A DNA stretch of 41,481 bases from Treponema sp. (GTDB lineage: Bacteria; Spirochaetota; Spirochaetia; Treponematales; Breznakiellaceae): contig JAITAN010000256.1 of NCBI GenBank assembly GCA_031284105.1, positions 1 through 41,481 of the forward strand, written 5' to 3'. The notes beneath the pieces are model-generated. The model made no database searches. It was not told the DNA's origin and was given only the letters and a program-made list of their open reading frames with translations. Below, piece by piece: positions 9,463-18,080 of the stretch. Within the stretch, counting starts at the first letter, position 1. Each line of letters begins with the position of its first letter. Both the position numbers and the translations under genes were made by a program.

Positions 9463-10986
9463 CTACACGTTGAATCTCCCGGACAGCCCATATTCCCACG
9501 CGGTGGGGAATGCGCTGCTTGTAATTTTTATGGTGAACCGGTAGCGTTTTCCCTGTACGGTGGTAGAAAACGAACCGTCAACATTGTCCGCCTTTGCGTG
9601 TATCGTATACCCCGCGCCCACACCTACCTGAAACAAGCCTACGCTGTACACTACCCGTCCGGCGATTCGAGCCGAGTCAAACCGCCACCGTTCCGGTATC
9701 GGATACGGTGAAAAATTCTGTGAGGGATTGTCGGCGGACACGCCCGACAAGGCGCAGGAAAACGATGAACGCAAGTTCCACCAATACGCTCCGATCTCGG
9801 TTTTATAGGTATCTTGTACCTTGTCTTCTTCCGTTGCATCGCGGTTTGCCGAGAGAGCGATGCGGGATATTCTTACCGGCAGCTTCGTCCATACCGGAAA
9901 ACGGTAATATAGCCCCGTCGAACTCCGCTCAAACTTGCCTCCGGCAAAAACGGTACCCGCATCGCAATCAGCTTCGAACAAGTCGCCCAGTCCCAAGGAA
10001 CGGAGGCTTGTACTTACCCTAAAAAGGCTGCTCTTTTTCCCATAATGCTCGATTTTTCCTGCAATGCGTACACTTTGACCAGGAATGCCGCCATCGCTTC
10101 CCACAAAACGATCTCCCGCGCCATCTGCGGCAAAGGAGAAAAGCCACGGTTTTCTCCCGATACGGACGCCGATATTGCCGTATACGCCTCGTCCAAATGC
10201 AGCCGTTTCGGAAAAAGCCCAGTCAGACGAAACGTTTACCCAAGGGCTTGTCCAGAGAAACGCCAATGCAAACAAGTGAAAGCCGCGTTCAGGTAAAGCG
10301 GGCTTTTCCGAAAACCAACCGGACGCGGAGCGAGACCGCAGCTCTTTACCAGTCCAAAACCCCTCTGTACGCAGGGAACTTTTCCGGGTAACCCAAAGTT
10401 CAACGCCGCCGGAAAACGCTGAATTCAAGCGGCCGTCAAGGGTTACCGCCGTAAATCCGGTAATGCCGCTTAGAAAATCAAGCTTGGGGCTCGCAAGGAA
10501 AATGCCGGCTTTTTGTTCCTTTGTTGTGGAATAGCTCTGTATGAGATCGTATCCCGTAGGCTGGTGTTGCTCAACAAACGGCGCCGATCTGCTCCAAGTG
10601 TTCCGCACGCGGGCGGGTAAGCCCCATTCCTCGATCATTCCGTACAGAAGACGGGAACCGGTCTCTTTATGGTATAATCCGGTTCCCCAGTTCAGATTTT
10701 CAGACGTGAACGCCCCAACAGGAAAGGGGTTTCTTTCGAGCAATTCCGTCCGAAGATAAAACGCCTGACCGGGAAGAAAAAAATGCCCATTAATACGGTT
10801 TTCCAGCATTCCGGTCTTCTTATTCACGTCAAACGACAAGGAACCTAAGTAGAACAAGTTGAAAGACGCGGCATTATCTTTTCGTCTGCCGGAAATAGCG
10901 CCGTCAGACCCAGCAGTATCCACACTATCTGCGGGCGCTTCATATAGAAAAATGCAACACATAAACACAACAATGGTTTTCTTCAT
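9463..10986 (-). CDS. Secreted hypothetical protein, possible outer-membrane beta-barrel
   Basis: 507-aa ORF with signal peptide MKKTIVVFMCCIFLYEAPA. It is rich in alternating aromatic/Gly/Ser segments and ends in an aromatic-containing terminal strand (LSGRFNV). I recognise no catalytic motif. Confidence 0.65.
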   Translation of the reverse strand: MKKTIVVFMCCIFLYEAPADSVDTAGSDGAISGRRKDNAASFNLFYLGSLSFDVNKKTGMLENRINGHFFLPGQAFYLRTELLERNPFPVGAFTSENLNWGTGLYHKETGSRLLYGMIEEWGLPARVRNTWSRSAPFVEQHQPTGYDLIQSYSTTKEQKAGIFLASPKLDFLSGITGFTAVTLDGRLNSAFSGGVELWVTRKSSLRTEGFWTGKELRSRSASGWFSEKPALPERGFHLFALAFLWTSPWVNVSSDWAFSETAAFGRGVYGNIGVRIGRKPWLFSFAADGAGDRFVGSDGGIPGQSVRIAGKIEHYGKKSSLFRVSTSLRSLGLGDLFEADCDAGTVFAGGKFERSSTGLYYRFPVWTKLPVRISRIALSANRDATEEDKVQDTYKTEIGAYWWNLRSSFSCALSGVSADNPSQNFSPYPIPERWRFDSARIAGRVVYSVGLFQVGVGAGYTIHAKADNVDGSFSTTVQGKRYRFTIKITSSAFPTAWEYGLSGRFNV

Positions 10987-11283
10987 AATAGTACTAAAGG
11001 AATTTATATGTCCATTACTTTGAGTTTTTTGATTTTTCGACCAATTTTATAATGCGGCGTGTTCCCGGAACTAACATCAGAAACGAGTCGCTCGGTATTC
11101 GGCCTATGTATAGCGCGCTTTCGTTCTCTGTTCCCTCATCAATCGCTCCACCCGCTTTCAGCCTATCTTGAGATAAAACTCCTAAAGCAGCGTCCACTCA
11201 AAAGAATTGTCCCTGAGAAATTATCTACATAATATGCGTCCGCTATTTTCTAACAGATATTCTAAACGTAAAGTCTGTGCGTG

Positions 11284-11316
11284 AAGCAACAACTTAATGG
11301 TCGGTTGTTGCTTTTG
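11284..11316 (+). terminator. Plus-strand-oriented intrinsic terminator-like hairpin in an intergenic region flanked by minus-strand genes
   Basis: 10-bp stem aagcaacaac (11284-11293) pairs with gttgttgctt (11304-11313) around a 10-nt loop. The U-run ttttg follows on the plus strand only. Confidence 0.35.
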
Positions 11317-11358
11317 CATACAATCAGGATAAAAAGTGCAATTATAACATAGAAGCGC

Positions 11359-12492
11359 TCATTTTTCCGCCGCCGCTTGAATAATGTCCAGCGTCCGATT
11401 GGTGCACTGTTCCCATGAATAGCTCTTGACCCGCTCAAGTCCCAGTGAACGGCAATTATGGTACACATCATGATTCGTTGCCAGCGTTGTGATCCGGTCT
11501 GCCATATCTTCCGCATCATTCGGGTCAAAGTATAGAGCCGCGTGTTCGGCGGTTTCAGGGAGCGAAGCAGCGCGCGCGCATGCAACAGGAACGCCTGACG
11601 CCATTGCCTCAAGAACACCCATGCCGAAACCTTCGTAGCGGGAAGGAATCACCACCATATCAGCGCCGGCGTACAATTCAGGAAGGTTTTTTGAAGGAAA
11701 ATGACCGGGAAAAAATATATCGGTCTTGTACGCTGACGAAGCCGCCGATGCTCTCACTTTTTCTGCACCATAGCTGTCGCCTCCGGCAAGGATAAGTTTA
11801 TGCGGATAATGGGTTCTTGCTTTGAAGATGTCAAAAGCTTCGATCAGTTTGATGTGGTTCTTTATCGGATACTGAATACGCGAGGTATACAGAATATAAG
11901 GCTGACGGAAACTGAACGGCTGAATCAGTACCACACTGTCCCCGTTTTTAGGACGCGGGTAGAAAACCGTTGTATCAATACCGTCCGGTACCACCTCAAT
12001 GCGAGATTCCTTTACTTTGGCAATATCGATCAGTTCCTGTTTAACAAAATTACTTACCGCGATGATCTTCTCCATTTGACGCAGGATGTTGGGAAACACG
12101 AAGCGGATAATGCTCCCAAACGGCTCTTTCTTCTCACGGATACCCCAATAGGCAGCCATATCGTGTACCGTTCCTATGGTGGGACACGGCGAATTATTGG
12201 GAAGCCGCTTGTGCGCAGCGGGAAAGAAACATGCGTTATAGGCGCGTTTTTTTGCGAATTTAGGGTATTGAAACAGATGCCAACTGAAATTTGCGAGTCG
12301 TCCATTTATAGAACATTGAGAGATAAATTCAAAACGAGGCGCCGCCTCTTTATAGGCAAAGCGGTCGAATTCCCAACCAAATAGTTCATATAGTCCACCC
12401 GACGGTGGAATCCGTTTTAGCAGTTGTAGTAAATATGCCCCAACTGCCGATTTACCTCCTTCACAGGTAAAGGTATCAATCCCTATTTTCAT
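11359..12492 (-). CDS. Glycosyltransferase family 4 (GT-B, retaining)
   Basis: C-terminal GT1/GT4 signature PSRYEGFGMGVLEAMASGVPV (E-x7-E region). 377 aa. Only a 12-bp gap separates it from the upstream GH57 gene. Confidence 0.85.
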   Translation of the reverse strand: MKIGIDTFTCEGGKSAVGAYLLQLLKRIPPSGGLYELFGWEFDRFAYKEAAPRFEFISQCSINGRLANFSWHLFQYPKFAKKRAYNACFFPAAHKRLPNNSPCPTIGTVHDMAAYWGIREKKEPFGSIIRFVFPNILRQMEKIIAVSNFVKQELIDIAKVKESRIEVVPDGIDTTVFYPRPKNGDSVVLIQPFSFRQPYILYTSRIQYPIKNHIKLIEAFDIFKARTHYPHKLILAGGDSYGAEKVRASAASSAYKTDIFFPGHFPSKNLPELYAGADMVVIPSRYEGFGMGVLEAMASGVPVACARAASLPETAEHAALYFDPNDAEDMADRITTLATNHDVYHNCRSLGLERVKSYSWEQCTNRTLDIIQAAAEK

Positions 12493-12504
12493 GACGCGCC
12501 TCCG

Positions 12505-14457
12505 TCAATGATACATTCTCATACTGAACTCAGTTTCAACCCGTTCATTTGGTTCTAACGAGATTTGTTTAATAGGCATGATGTTGGTCGATTGGTACAT
12601 ATCAATCAGTTCACCTTCAATAGGGCAAAGCGTTCTCACAGGCAATATATACGCATCAAAGAGTTTGTCCGAAGCGATGATGATGATCACTTCGTTTTTT
12701 ATATCTTGAAATTTGATGCCCTGAACTTGTTCAACTACTTCTCCAATACTAATGGTTTCTTTTATATCAGTGTTGATTTTATAAATCCGCAGGAAGGCAT
12801 CTCCTTCACCGGGAAAAGAGAGATCGATGCTGGGGATAAACGTAAATGTTTCATTGCTTGTTCCCCTGTTGATAAGCGCATAATGAATAGAAAGCGTGCT
12901 TTTTTTAAGCTGATACGTCTTTTCTACTTCTATGTTTCCATACGGAACACTACCATTCACCGGAAGCCTGAAACTGACTTTTCCGTGCGTTTTGTCTACT
13001 TCCACAACCTCAAAAATTTCATTTTTGCAGAAACGGAAAGCATTTTCATCGGGTCCGGCTTCTAAAAAGCCCGTTTGCACGGTCTGCCTCTTTATTTCAT
13101 CGATGCGGTCGACAAATGCCGCCTCAAAAATTGCTCTGGGTGCAAGAATATCTGTCCATGAAGCCCGTTTGCAACAATTTACACCCGCGTCGAGTGAGAA
13201 AGTATCCAAATAGTTCCATGACTTTGGCAAATAATCCAGTTCAAAAACATCCGCTCCTAATGTTTTAACATAGCAATTAATGAGTTCTTCCTGAAAAAGA
13301 TATTCTTCCTTCCCGTCCAGATCAAAGTCAAACGCCATAAGCGAAGGGGTAAATGTCCCTTTTTCCCTGCTTATCTTTTCCGCTTCAAGTAACACCTTAT
13401 AAGCCGCTTTACGTACCGAATGGCGGTAAATACCGCCATTAGAGGTCGGGTAGAATGCATCATAGCCCTGCGCCTTCCAAATTTCTTCCCGTGCGGTACG
13501 TTTCCGGGATTTATCTCCATGAAGCTGGTTGATAAGTACATTTGTGAACATCATCTTCGAATACAAATAATTAGCTTCGGGGTAGTCAATCAGGGATTGC
13601 CGCGGTGATTCATATTTTAGCTGTCCGCGCCGCATGTGTTCCGGCAGTGAAGACAAACTTAAAGACGGAGGAAAATACGCCTTTTTGAGACCGGTCAGCG
13701 TATTGTACACTTTGAGCGGAACGGTAAAATCAACATTTTTTTCAAAACGAGAAATATCCTCAAAAAACATCTGATACGTAATATCTGGCGCTTGTTCCTT
13801 GTTCTCCATAAAAACCTGTTCGGGAAACACACACAGTACACAGGGTTCGTCAGACTTTGTTTGAGCAAGAAGAGTTTCCATAACAAGCGAAGCCCGTTGC
13901 TGCGCGAACAGTAAGTTGAACTTGTTTGATATGGGAAATACGGTGAGTAACTTTCCTTGATCTTCCGTGATGCACGGCGCAGTATCGGGTAGCCCTGCCA
14001 GAGAAAATTGCTCTCCATTAAGGAATGTATAAAGCATACCGCAGTTATTCAGAACGCCAACAAGGTTTTGTTCCCACGCAAACGCCGGTAGTCTGCACCC
14101 TTGTGGTCGTTTGCCGAATTGTTTGCGGAGGTACGTTGTCAGTAACTCGATCTGCCCGATCTTATCGGGCGGCGGAATCAAAGGAAACATAGGCTCGTAA
14201 AAACCACCTCCCAACAATTCTACCTGTTTTTTGGAAATCATGTCCGCAAGAAGCATGAAGAATTCGGGATGCGCCCGTTCCAGCCAGTAGAGAAGTATCC
14301 CGGAATAATGCAAAACCACCGGAATTTGAGGATATTTATATAATGTTGAAATAAACGGCTTGAGGTTCCTCCTGTAAATTTTCTCAAATTCGTCATCGGT
14401 TGTTCCAAAAGGAATATGGTTATGTGAGCCTAGTATAAGACTAACCTTTTTTTTCAT
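12505..14457 (-). CDS. Glycoside hydrolase family 57 protein (alpha-amylase / 4-alpha-glucanotransferase type)
   Basis: N-terminal GH57-like motifs LGSHNHIPFG, VLHYSGILLYWLE and ELLGGGFYEP. 650 aa with a long C-terminal extension. Confidence 0.8.
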   Translation of the reverse strand: MKKKVSLILGSHNHIPFGTTDDEFEKIYRRNLKPFISTLYKYPQIPVVLHYSGILLYWLERAHPEFFMLLADMISKKQVELLGGGFYEPMFPLIPPPDKIGQIELLTTYLRKQFGKRPQGCRLPAFAWEQNLVGVLNNCGMLYTFLNGEQFSLAGLPDTAPCITEDQGKLLTVFPISNKFNLLFAQQRASLVMETLLAQTKSDEPCVLCVFPEQVFMENKEQAPDITYQMFFEDISRFEKNVDFTVPLKVYNTLTGLKKAYFPPSLSLSSLPEHMRRGQLKYESPRQSLIDYPEANYLYSKMMFTNVLINQLHGDKSRKRTAREEIWKAQGYDAFYPTSNGGIYRHSVRKAAYKVLLEAEKISREKGTFTPSLMAFDFDLDGKEEYLFQEELINCYVKTLGADVFELDYLPKSWNYLDTFSLDAGVNCCKRASWTDILAPRAIFEAAFVDRIDEIKRQTVQTGFLEAGPDENAFRFCKNEIFEVVEVDKTHGKVSFRLPVNGSVPYGNIEVEKTYQLKKSTLSIHYALINRGTSNETFTFIPSIDLSFPGEGDAFLRIYKINTDIKETISIGEVVEQVQGIKFQDIKNEVIIIIASDKLFDAYILPVRTLCPIEGELIDMYQSTNIMPIKQISLEPNERVETEFSMRMYH

Positions 14458-14467
14458 TTTTCCACTT

Positions 14468-15470
14468 TTCTCCTATGGCAAGGCTGATTAATTGCGGGGA
14501 ACCGATTTTGAGGGTGTTTTATCGGACAAGAAGAGAATGCTCCCATGGTAGACTGCTTTTACGCCGTTTAACAGAGCTTTGCCCTCCCCATCCATCCTTT
14601 TCCCTGCTTTCCATGAAAAAAGACGGACTTCCCTCTATCACGCTACCACGGCCCGTTTGACAGGACTCATCGCCCATGCTCATTTCAGCAGAGCCAACGC
14701 TTGCAAACACATATACAACCGCCCGCCGTTCTTCATTATTCCCCGGTATACCACGTTCCCGTATCCGAATAGCCCCTTCACTATATAAAAGATATGCTCC
14801 TCACTTTATGTTTCATCGGCTCCTTATACAACACCGCCTCCCGTTTCCCCTCCGCCCCCTTCCCTTTGTTTATCCGTTACTCCACCTTCGATACACGTTC
14901 ATCTTCCTTTATCTCTTCCCTCTTCTCTATCCCCGGATATCCGGCATCGCATCGGCGTTCACAAGCTCGTCATCTTCCCGTATCAATGTGCCCACTTCCT
15001 CTCTGTCGTTTACATTCGCCGCCGCCGTACCCACACCGTGTAACCATCCCGCTCCCCGCGTCTACTCCTCTATGCGCCTTCATCCAGAAATGCCGTTCGT
15101 TCCCTTTCCTGCACCGATACATTTCCGGTCCCGACTCTTTGCCCCGTTCTTCGTTGATGTCGGCGCCTCTACGGTTATTACGTCTATTATGCTCCTTCTT
15201 TTTTCCAACACGCGGATACATCCTCGGCATGGTTTGTATCCCTTTGGGCGGCCATCCGCGTTTCCCTTGAAAATAAGAGGGGCGTATTTGTTCCTAAAGT
15301 CTTTTCCACGGGACAAGACGTTCCATAGTATCCAAAAATACTTCTCGCCTGCTTATCCGTTTACGCTTCCCGTATTCTAATCCATAAATGTTTGTTACTT
15401 TTCAGGCTCTCTATTCTACTCCATCCATTCCGATTTAATCTGCGCTTCCCTAGCTATTGGCTAATTGGTT
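14468..15470 (-). pseudogene. Decayed IS5-family insertion sequence (transposase pseudogene), relic 1
   Basis: Minus-strand fragments retain the DDE-region signature FWMKAHRGVDAGSGMV, compared with the canonical (K)AHIGVD..SG..H...TAANV. 14468-14797 is about 75-80% identical to 23072-23397. 14990-15130 aligns with 37300-37440. No intact ORF remains. Confidence 0.75.
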
Positions 15471-15479
15471 CATGCGTGT

Positions 15480-16079
15480 TCAAGCCGCACTCAAAACACG
15501 TAGCAGGAGCGCTGTAGTTGAAGTGAAAACAAGCGATAAAAAACCCATAGATATAAGCCGTAACGGTTTTCCTCGTAAAAATATAGGTACAGCTTCAATA
15601 GAAGAGCGTTTTTGAATTTCATTTAATATAAGGATTGAAAACAGAACCCCTAAAGAGAAACTCAAGGAAATAATACAAGCCTCCACTATGGTTGAGGCTA
15701 TATGCATCGTAAACAGCAGCGCCGTAAATGCAAGCCCATCGTATGCCGTTACCGCACTGAACAGCTTCCTTCGCGGAACGAGGTGCGGGGTAAAACGATC
15801 CGCCGCGAATTCAAGTGCCCAACAGAAAAGTATAGAAAATGGGAATAAAAGAACGTCCTTAAAAAGAATAGAAAAAAACGGTCTCGTAATATAAAAAAAC
15901 AAAGTCCAGAGCACAAAAACTGTTATAAACAACACGCCGGCTTGAAAGAAAGGCAATGGACAAGCGCTGTTTGTGGTACGATCTCCATCTTCCGATAGGT
16001 CATGAATTCCCAATCCAAACTGAACTATCAGATTAAGAGAAAGACTTGCGAAAAGAGCCAGTGATACTAAGGCTATCAT
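15480..16079 (-). CDS. RnfA/NqrE-family membrane subunit, divergent (Rnf-like complex)
   Basis: 199 aa, polytopic. The C-terminal IEAVPIFLRGKPLRLISMGFLSLVF matches the RnfA signature (VP.PFRG....LI..G..SLAF). Canonical GLCPF reads GLGIHDL and canonical TTNC reads TAYD. There is a 1-nt TAATG overlap with the upstream gene. Confidence 0.8.
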   Translation of the reverse strand: MIALVSLALFASLSLNLIVQFGLGIHDLSEDGDRTTNSACPLPFFQAGVLFITVFVLWTLFFYITRPFFSILFKDVLLFPFSILFCWALEFAADRFTPHLVPRRKLFSAVTAYDGLAFTALLFTMHIASTIVEACIISLSFSLGVLFSILILNEIQKRSSIEAVPIFLRGKPLRLISMGFLSLVFTSTTALLLRVLSAA

Positions 16080-16705
16080 TATACTGTCCTCCTTGAAGGT
16101 TTTATAATCGTATAAAACAACGCTATTATATAGCCTAACAGCAGCAAAGCACCCGAAACTGTCGCTAGGGTACGTATGGGAAAAAAGTCCGTCTTATCAG
16201 AAGCGTTAAACAATTCAATAAAACCTTGTGCACCGCCCGGAAGCGAAAGCGCCATGAATCCCAACGGCTCTCTGATAAGGGAAAGAGCGATGATAATGAT
16301 GCCTGTTACGCACGCTCCACTCATTGTTTCAAATACGGTCTCAGATATGTTTAGCGGCTCCAGTTTCTCAAGGGGAAATCTTCCAAGAAAAGACACCGGA
16401 ACCAGCAACGTAACATACAAAAGCTCCACTGTCAACAAAGGACTTATAAACCAGAGAACAAAGAGAAATACTGCCGTAATAAAACTGGACAAAAATACCA
16501 CGACGATAATTTTTCCCTCATGTGGTAATAGTGGTCTTGCCGCAAAGACCGCTAGTGCCGTTAAGACATATACCCATACAAGGGCAACGGTAATCACAAT
16601 GCCAAATGACAACCGACTTGAAGAAAAAAGCAGAAGTCCCACGCACATCAACGTGAAAAGAGGATTCTGTGTATTAAAAAAGATTTGCGATACGCTTTTT
16701 CTCAT
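16079..16705 (-). CDS. RnfE/NqrD-family membrane subunit, divergent (Rnf-like complex)
   Basis: 208 aa, polytopic. SGACVTGIIIIALSLIREPLG aligns with the RnfE G.GATCAMFVLGSLREIIG. The canonical VTNC motif is absent (LLVPVSFLGRF). 4-nt ATGA overlap with the upstream gene. Confidence 0.8.
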   Translation of the reverse strand: MRKSVSQIFFNTQNPLFTLMCVGLLLFSSSRLSFGIVITVALVWVYVLTALAVFAARPLLPHEGKIIVVVFLSSFITAVFLFVLWFISPLLTVELLYVTLLVPVSFLGRFPLEKLEPLNISETVFETMSGACVTGIIIIALSLIREPLGFMALSLPGGAQGFIELFNASDKTDFFPIRTLATVSGALLLLGYIIALFYTIIKPSRRTV

Positions 16706-17121
16706 GGCAGCATCTCCTTTTCGATACGCCTAATATAAGTATCAATTACTCCTCGGTGAATACCATTGAAAACCGCCCGTGCATGATTGCTCAGAGGGAG
16801 AACCCCGATCTTGTCGGCAGTTTCACCAGTTCCGGGAATAAACGCCAAACATGAAACTAAAATACCGTTATCAATTATGGAGAAAAGAAGGGCTTTACCT
16901 TCAAATCCACCGCTTGTACCAGTAAACCGATACCAAGTTCCAAGTGAAGTTCTGCCGAGAACCTCTTTATCCAAGCGCCTCGTATCTTCCGTCTGAGCGA
17001 GCGTTTTATTTACCGCCTGTATAAGCGCATCGTTTTGTACGGATCGGGTTAAAAAGAACAAAAGCCAGAGACAAAGAAGCAGTCCGGCTATCCAAGCACA
17101 TACGATACCTGTATTTTTCAC
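16702..17121 (-). CDS. Short RnfG-like membrane-anchored subunit lacking the FMN acceptor motif
   Basis: 139 aa with one N-terminal TM helix. GFEGKALLFSIIDNGILVSCLAFIPGTGETADKIG aligns with RnfG GYSGAIQLLVG.D..G.....V..H.ETPGLGDKI. The C-terminal LPLSNHARAV aligns where RnfG has TGATITPRAV, and no [ST]GA[ST] is present. 4-nt overlaps on both sides. Confidence 0.65.
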   Translation of the reverse strand: MKNTGIVCAWIAGLLLCLWLLFFLTRSVQNDALIQAVNKTLAQTEDTRRLDKEVLGRTSLGTWYRFTGTSGGFEGKALLFSIIDNGILVSCLAFIPGTGETADKIGVLPLSNHARAVFNGIHRGVIDTYIRRIEKEMLP

Positions 17122-18080
17122 AATACAATCCCCCGTTTGGTGTACAAAGTTCGTCTCTCAATCCCCCGGACCATGGGAACCAGCACGTTCAGCAGAGCCA
17201 CCGCAAAGAATGCACCGTACGCTTCCCCACCTTGATACCTGAAGGTAAAAGTGAAAACAGCCGCTATAAAAGCGGCCGACAAGGCTCCCCATATTGATTT
17301 TGGTCCAGTAACCGGCTCTGTTACCAGAAAAAACGCCGCAACCAATGTTCCACCCGACAGAAATCCGCCCAAAATGTCGCCGTTACCAAAACCGCCTCCT
17401 GCAGGTAATGCGCCAAAAAGCCGTATCAGCAGTCCGTATACGCCAAGGTAGACAATAGGTACCCACGCGCGGCTCACTTGAGACGCCAGCATGAGAATCG
17501 TTCCCAAAAGAAGCGCCATCACGCCTCTATCTGCAATGATGTTTGCACCGGTTGCATTGAATAGTGTTATATAACTGTCGGGCAGTTCTGCGCCAAAAGT
17601 TGAAAACACGGTTTTATTCAAAAAGTCACTGATAATGCCCGCAATAATCTCATTTTTGGGAACTGTCGTACTTGCTAAAGCCTGCTCGTACGCAGACTGC
17701 CAGCTGAAGCGGATAAAAAGCCAGCCGCCTAGTGCAGGATTCAACCAGTTGGTACCGAGACCGCCGAAACTGTACTTAACGACTATCATGGCAAAGACCA
17801 CGCCTATTGCCGCATATATCGGGTTGATATGGTTCGGTAACATCAGGGTTAACACTAAAGCCGATGTAACGGCGCTTCCATCCCTGAGCATGGCGGCTTT
17901 TTCGGTTCTGAAATAGACGATGAATTCACAGAAAAATGCCACAATTATCGTTGTTACCGCGATAATAAGAGACAAGAAAGAATCTGATATGGAAGACTGC
18001 ACGATCGCCATGAAAGCGGCAAGACTTACCAGCCACATTCTGCTCGTTGTAGAGCGGGAAAGATTTACCTGAGGTCTCAT
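17118..18080 (-). CDS. RnfD/NqrB-family membrane subunit, divergent (Rnf-like complex)
   Basis: 320 aa. Family signatures are present: FGGLGTNWLNPAL, GGTLVAAFFLVTEPVTGP and GGEAYGAFFAVALLNVLVP. The region expected to hold D..[ST].A-T-PL reads FNATGAN (17541-17558). Confidence 0.85.
   Translation of the reverse strand: MRPQVNLSRSTTSRMWLVSLAAFMAIVQSSISDSFLSLIIAVTTIIVAFFCEFIVYFRTEKAAMLRDGSAVTSALVLTLMLPNHINPIYAAIGVVFAMIVVKYSFGGLGTNWLNPALGGWLFIRFSWQSAYEQALASTTVPKNEIIAGIISDFLNKTVFSTFGAELPDSYITLFNATGANIIADRGVMALLLGTILMLASQVSRAWVPIVYLGVYGLLIRLFGALPAGGGFGNGDILGGFLSGGTLVAAFFLVTEPVTGPKSIWGALSAAFIAAVFTFTFRYQGGEAYGAFFAVALLNVLVPMVRGIERRTLYTKRGIVL

Noticed and set aside
11800-12384. Antisense ORFs inside well-supported genes: 194 aa (11800..12384+) in the GT4 gene and 203 aa (21718..22329+) in the GH1 gene
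   Set aside because: The opposite-strand genes carry unambiguous family motifs, and these ORFs have none.
14676-15380. Plus-strand ORFs of 234 aa and 158 aa (Pro/Ser/Phe-rich) in the region downstream of the rnfA-like gene
   Set aside because: They lie antisense to the IS5 transposase pseudogene, have no SD and have an implausible composition. Checked as possible rnfB candidates, they have no Cys-rich ferredoxin motifs.
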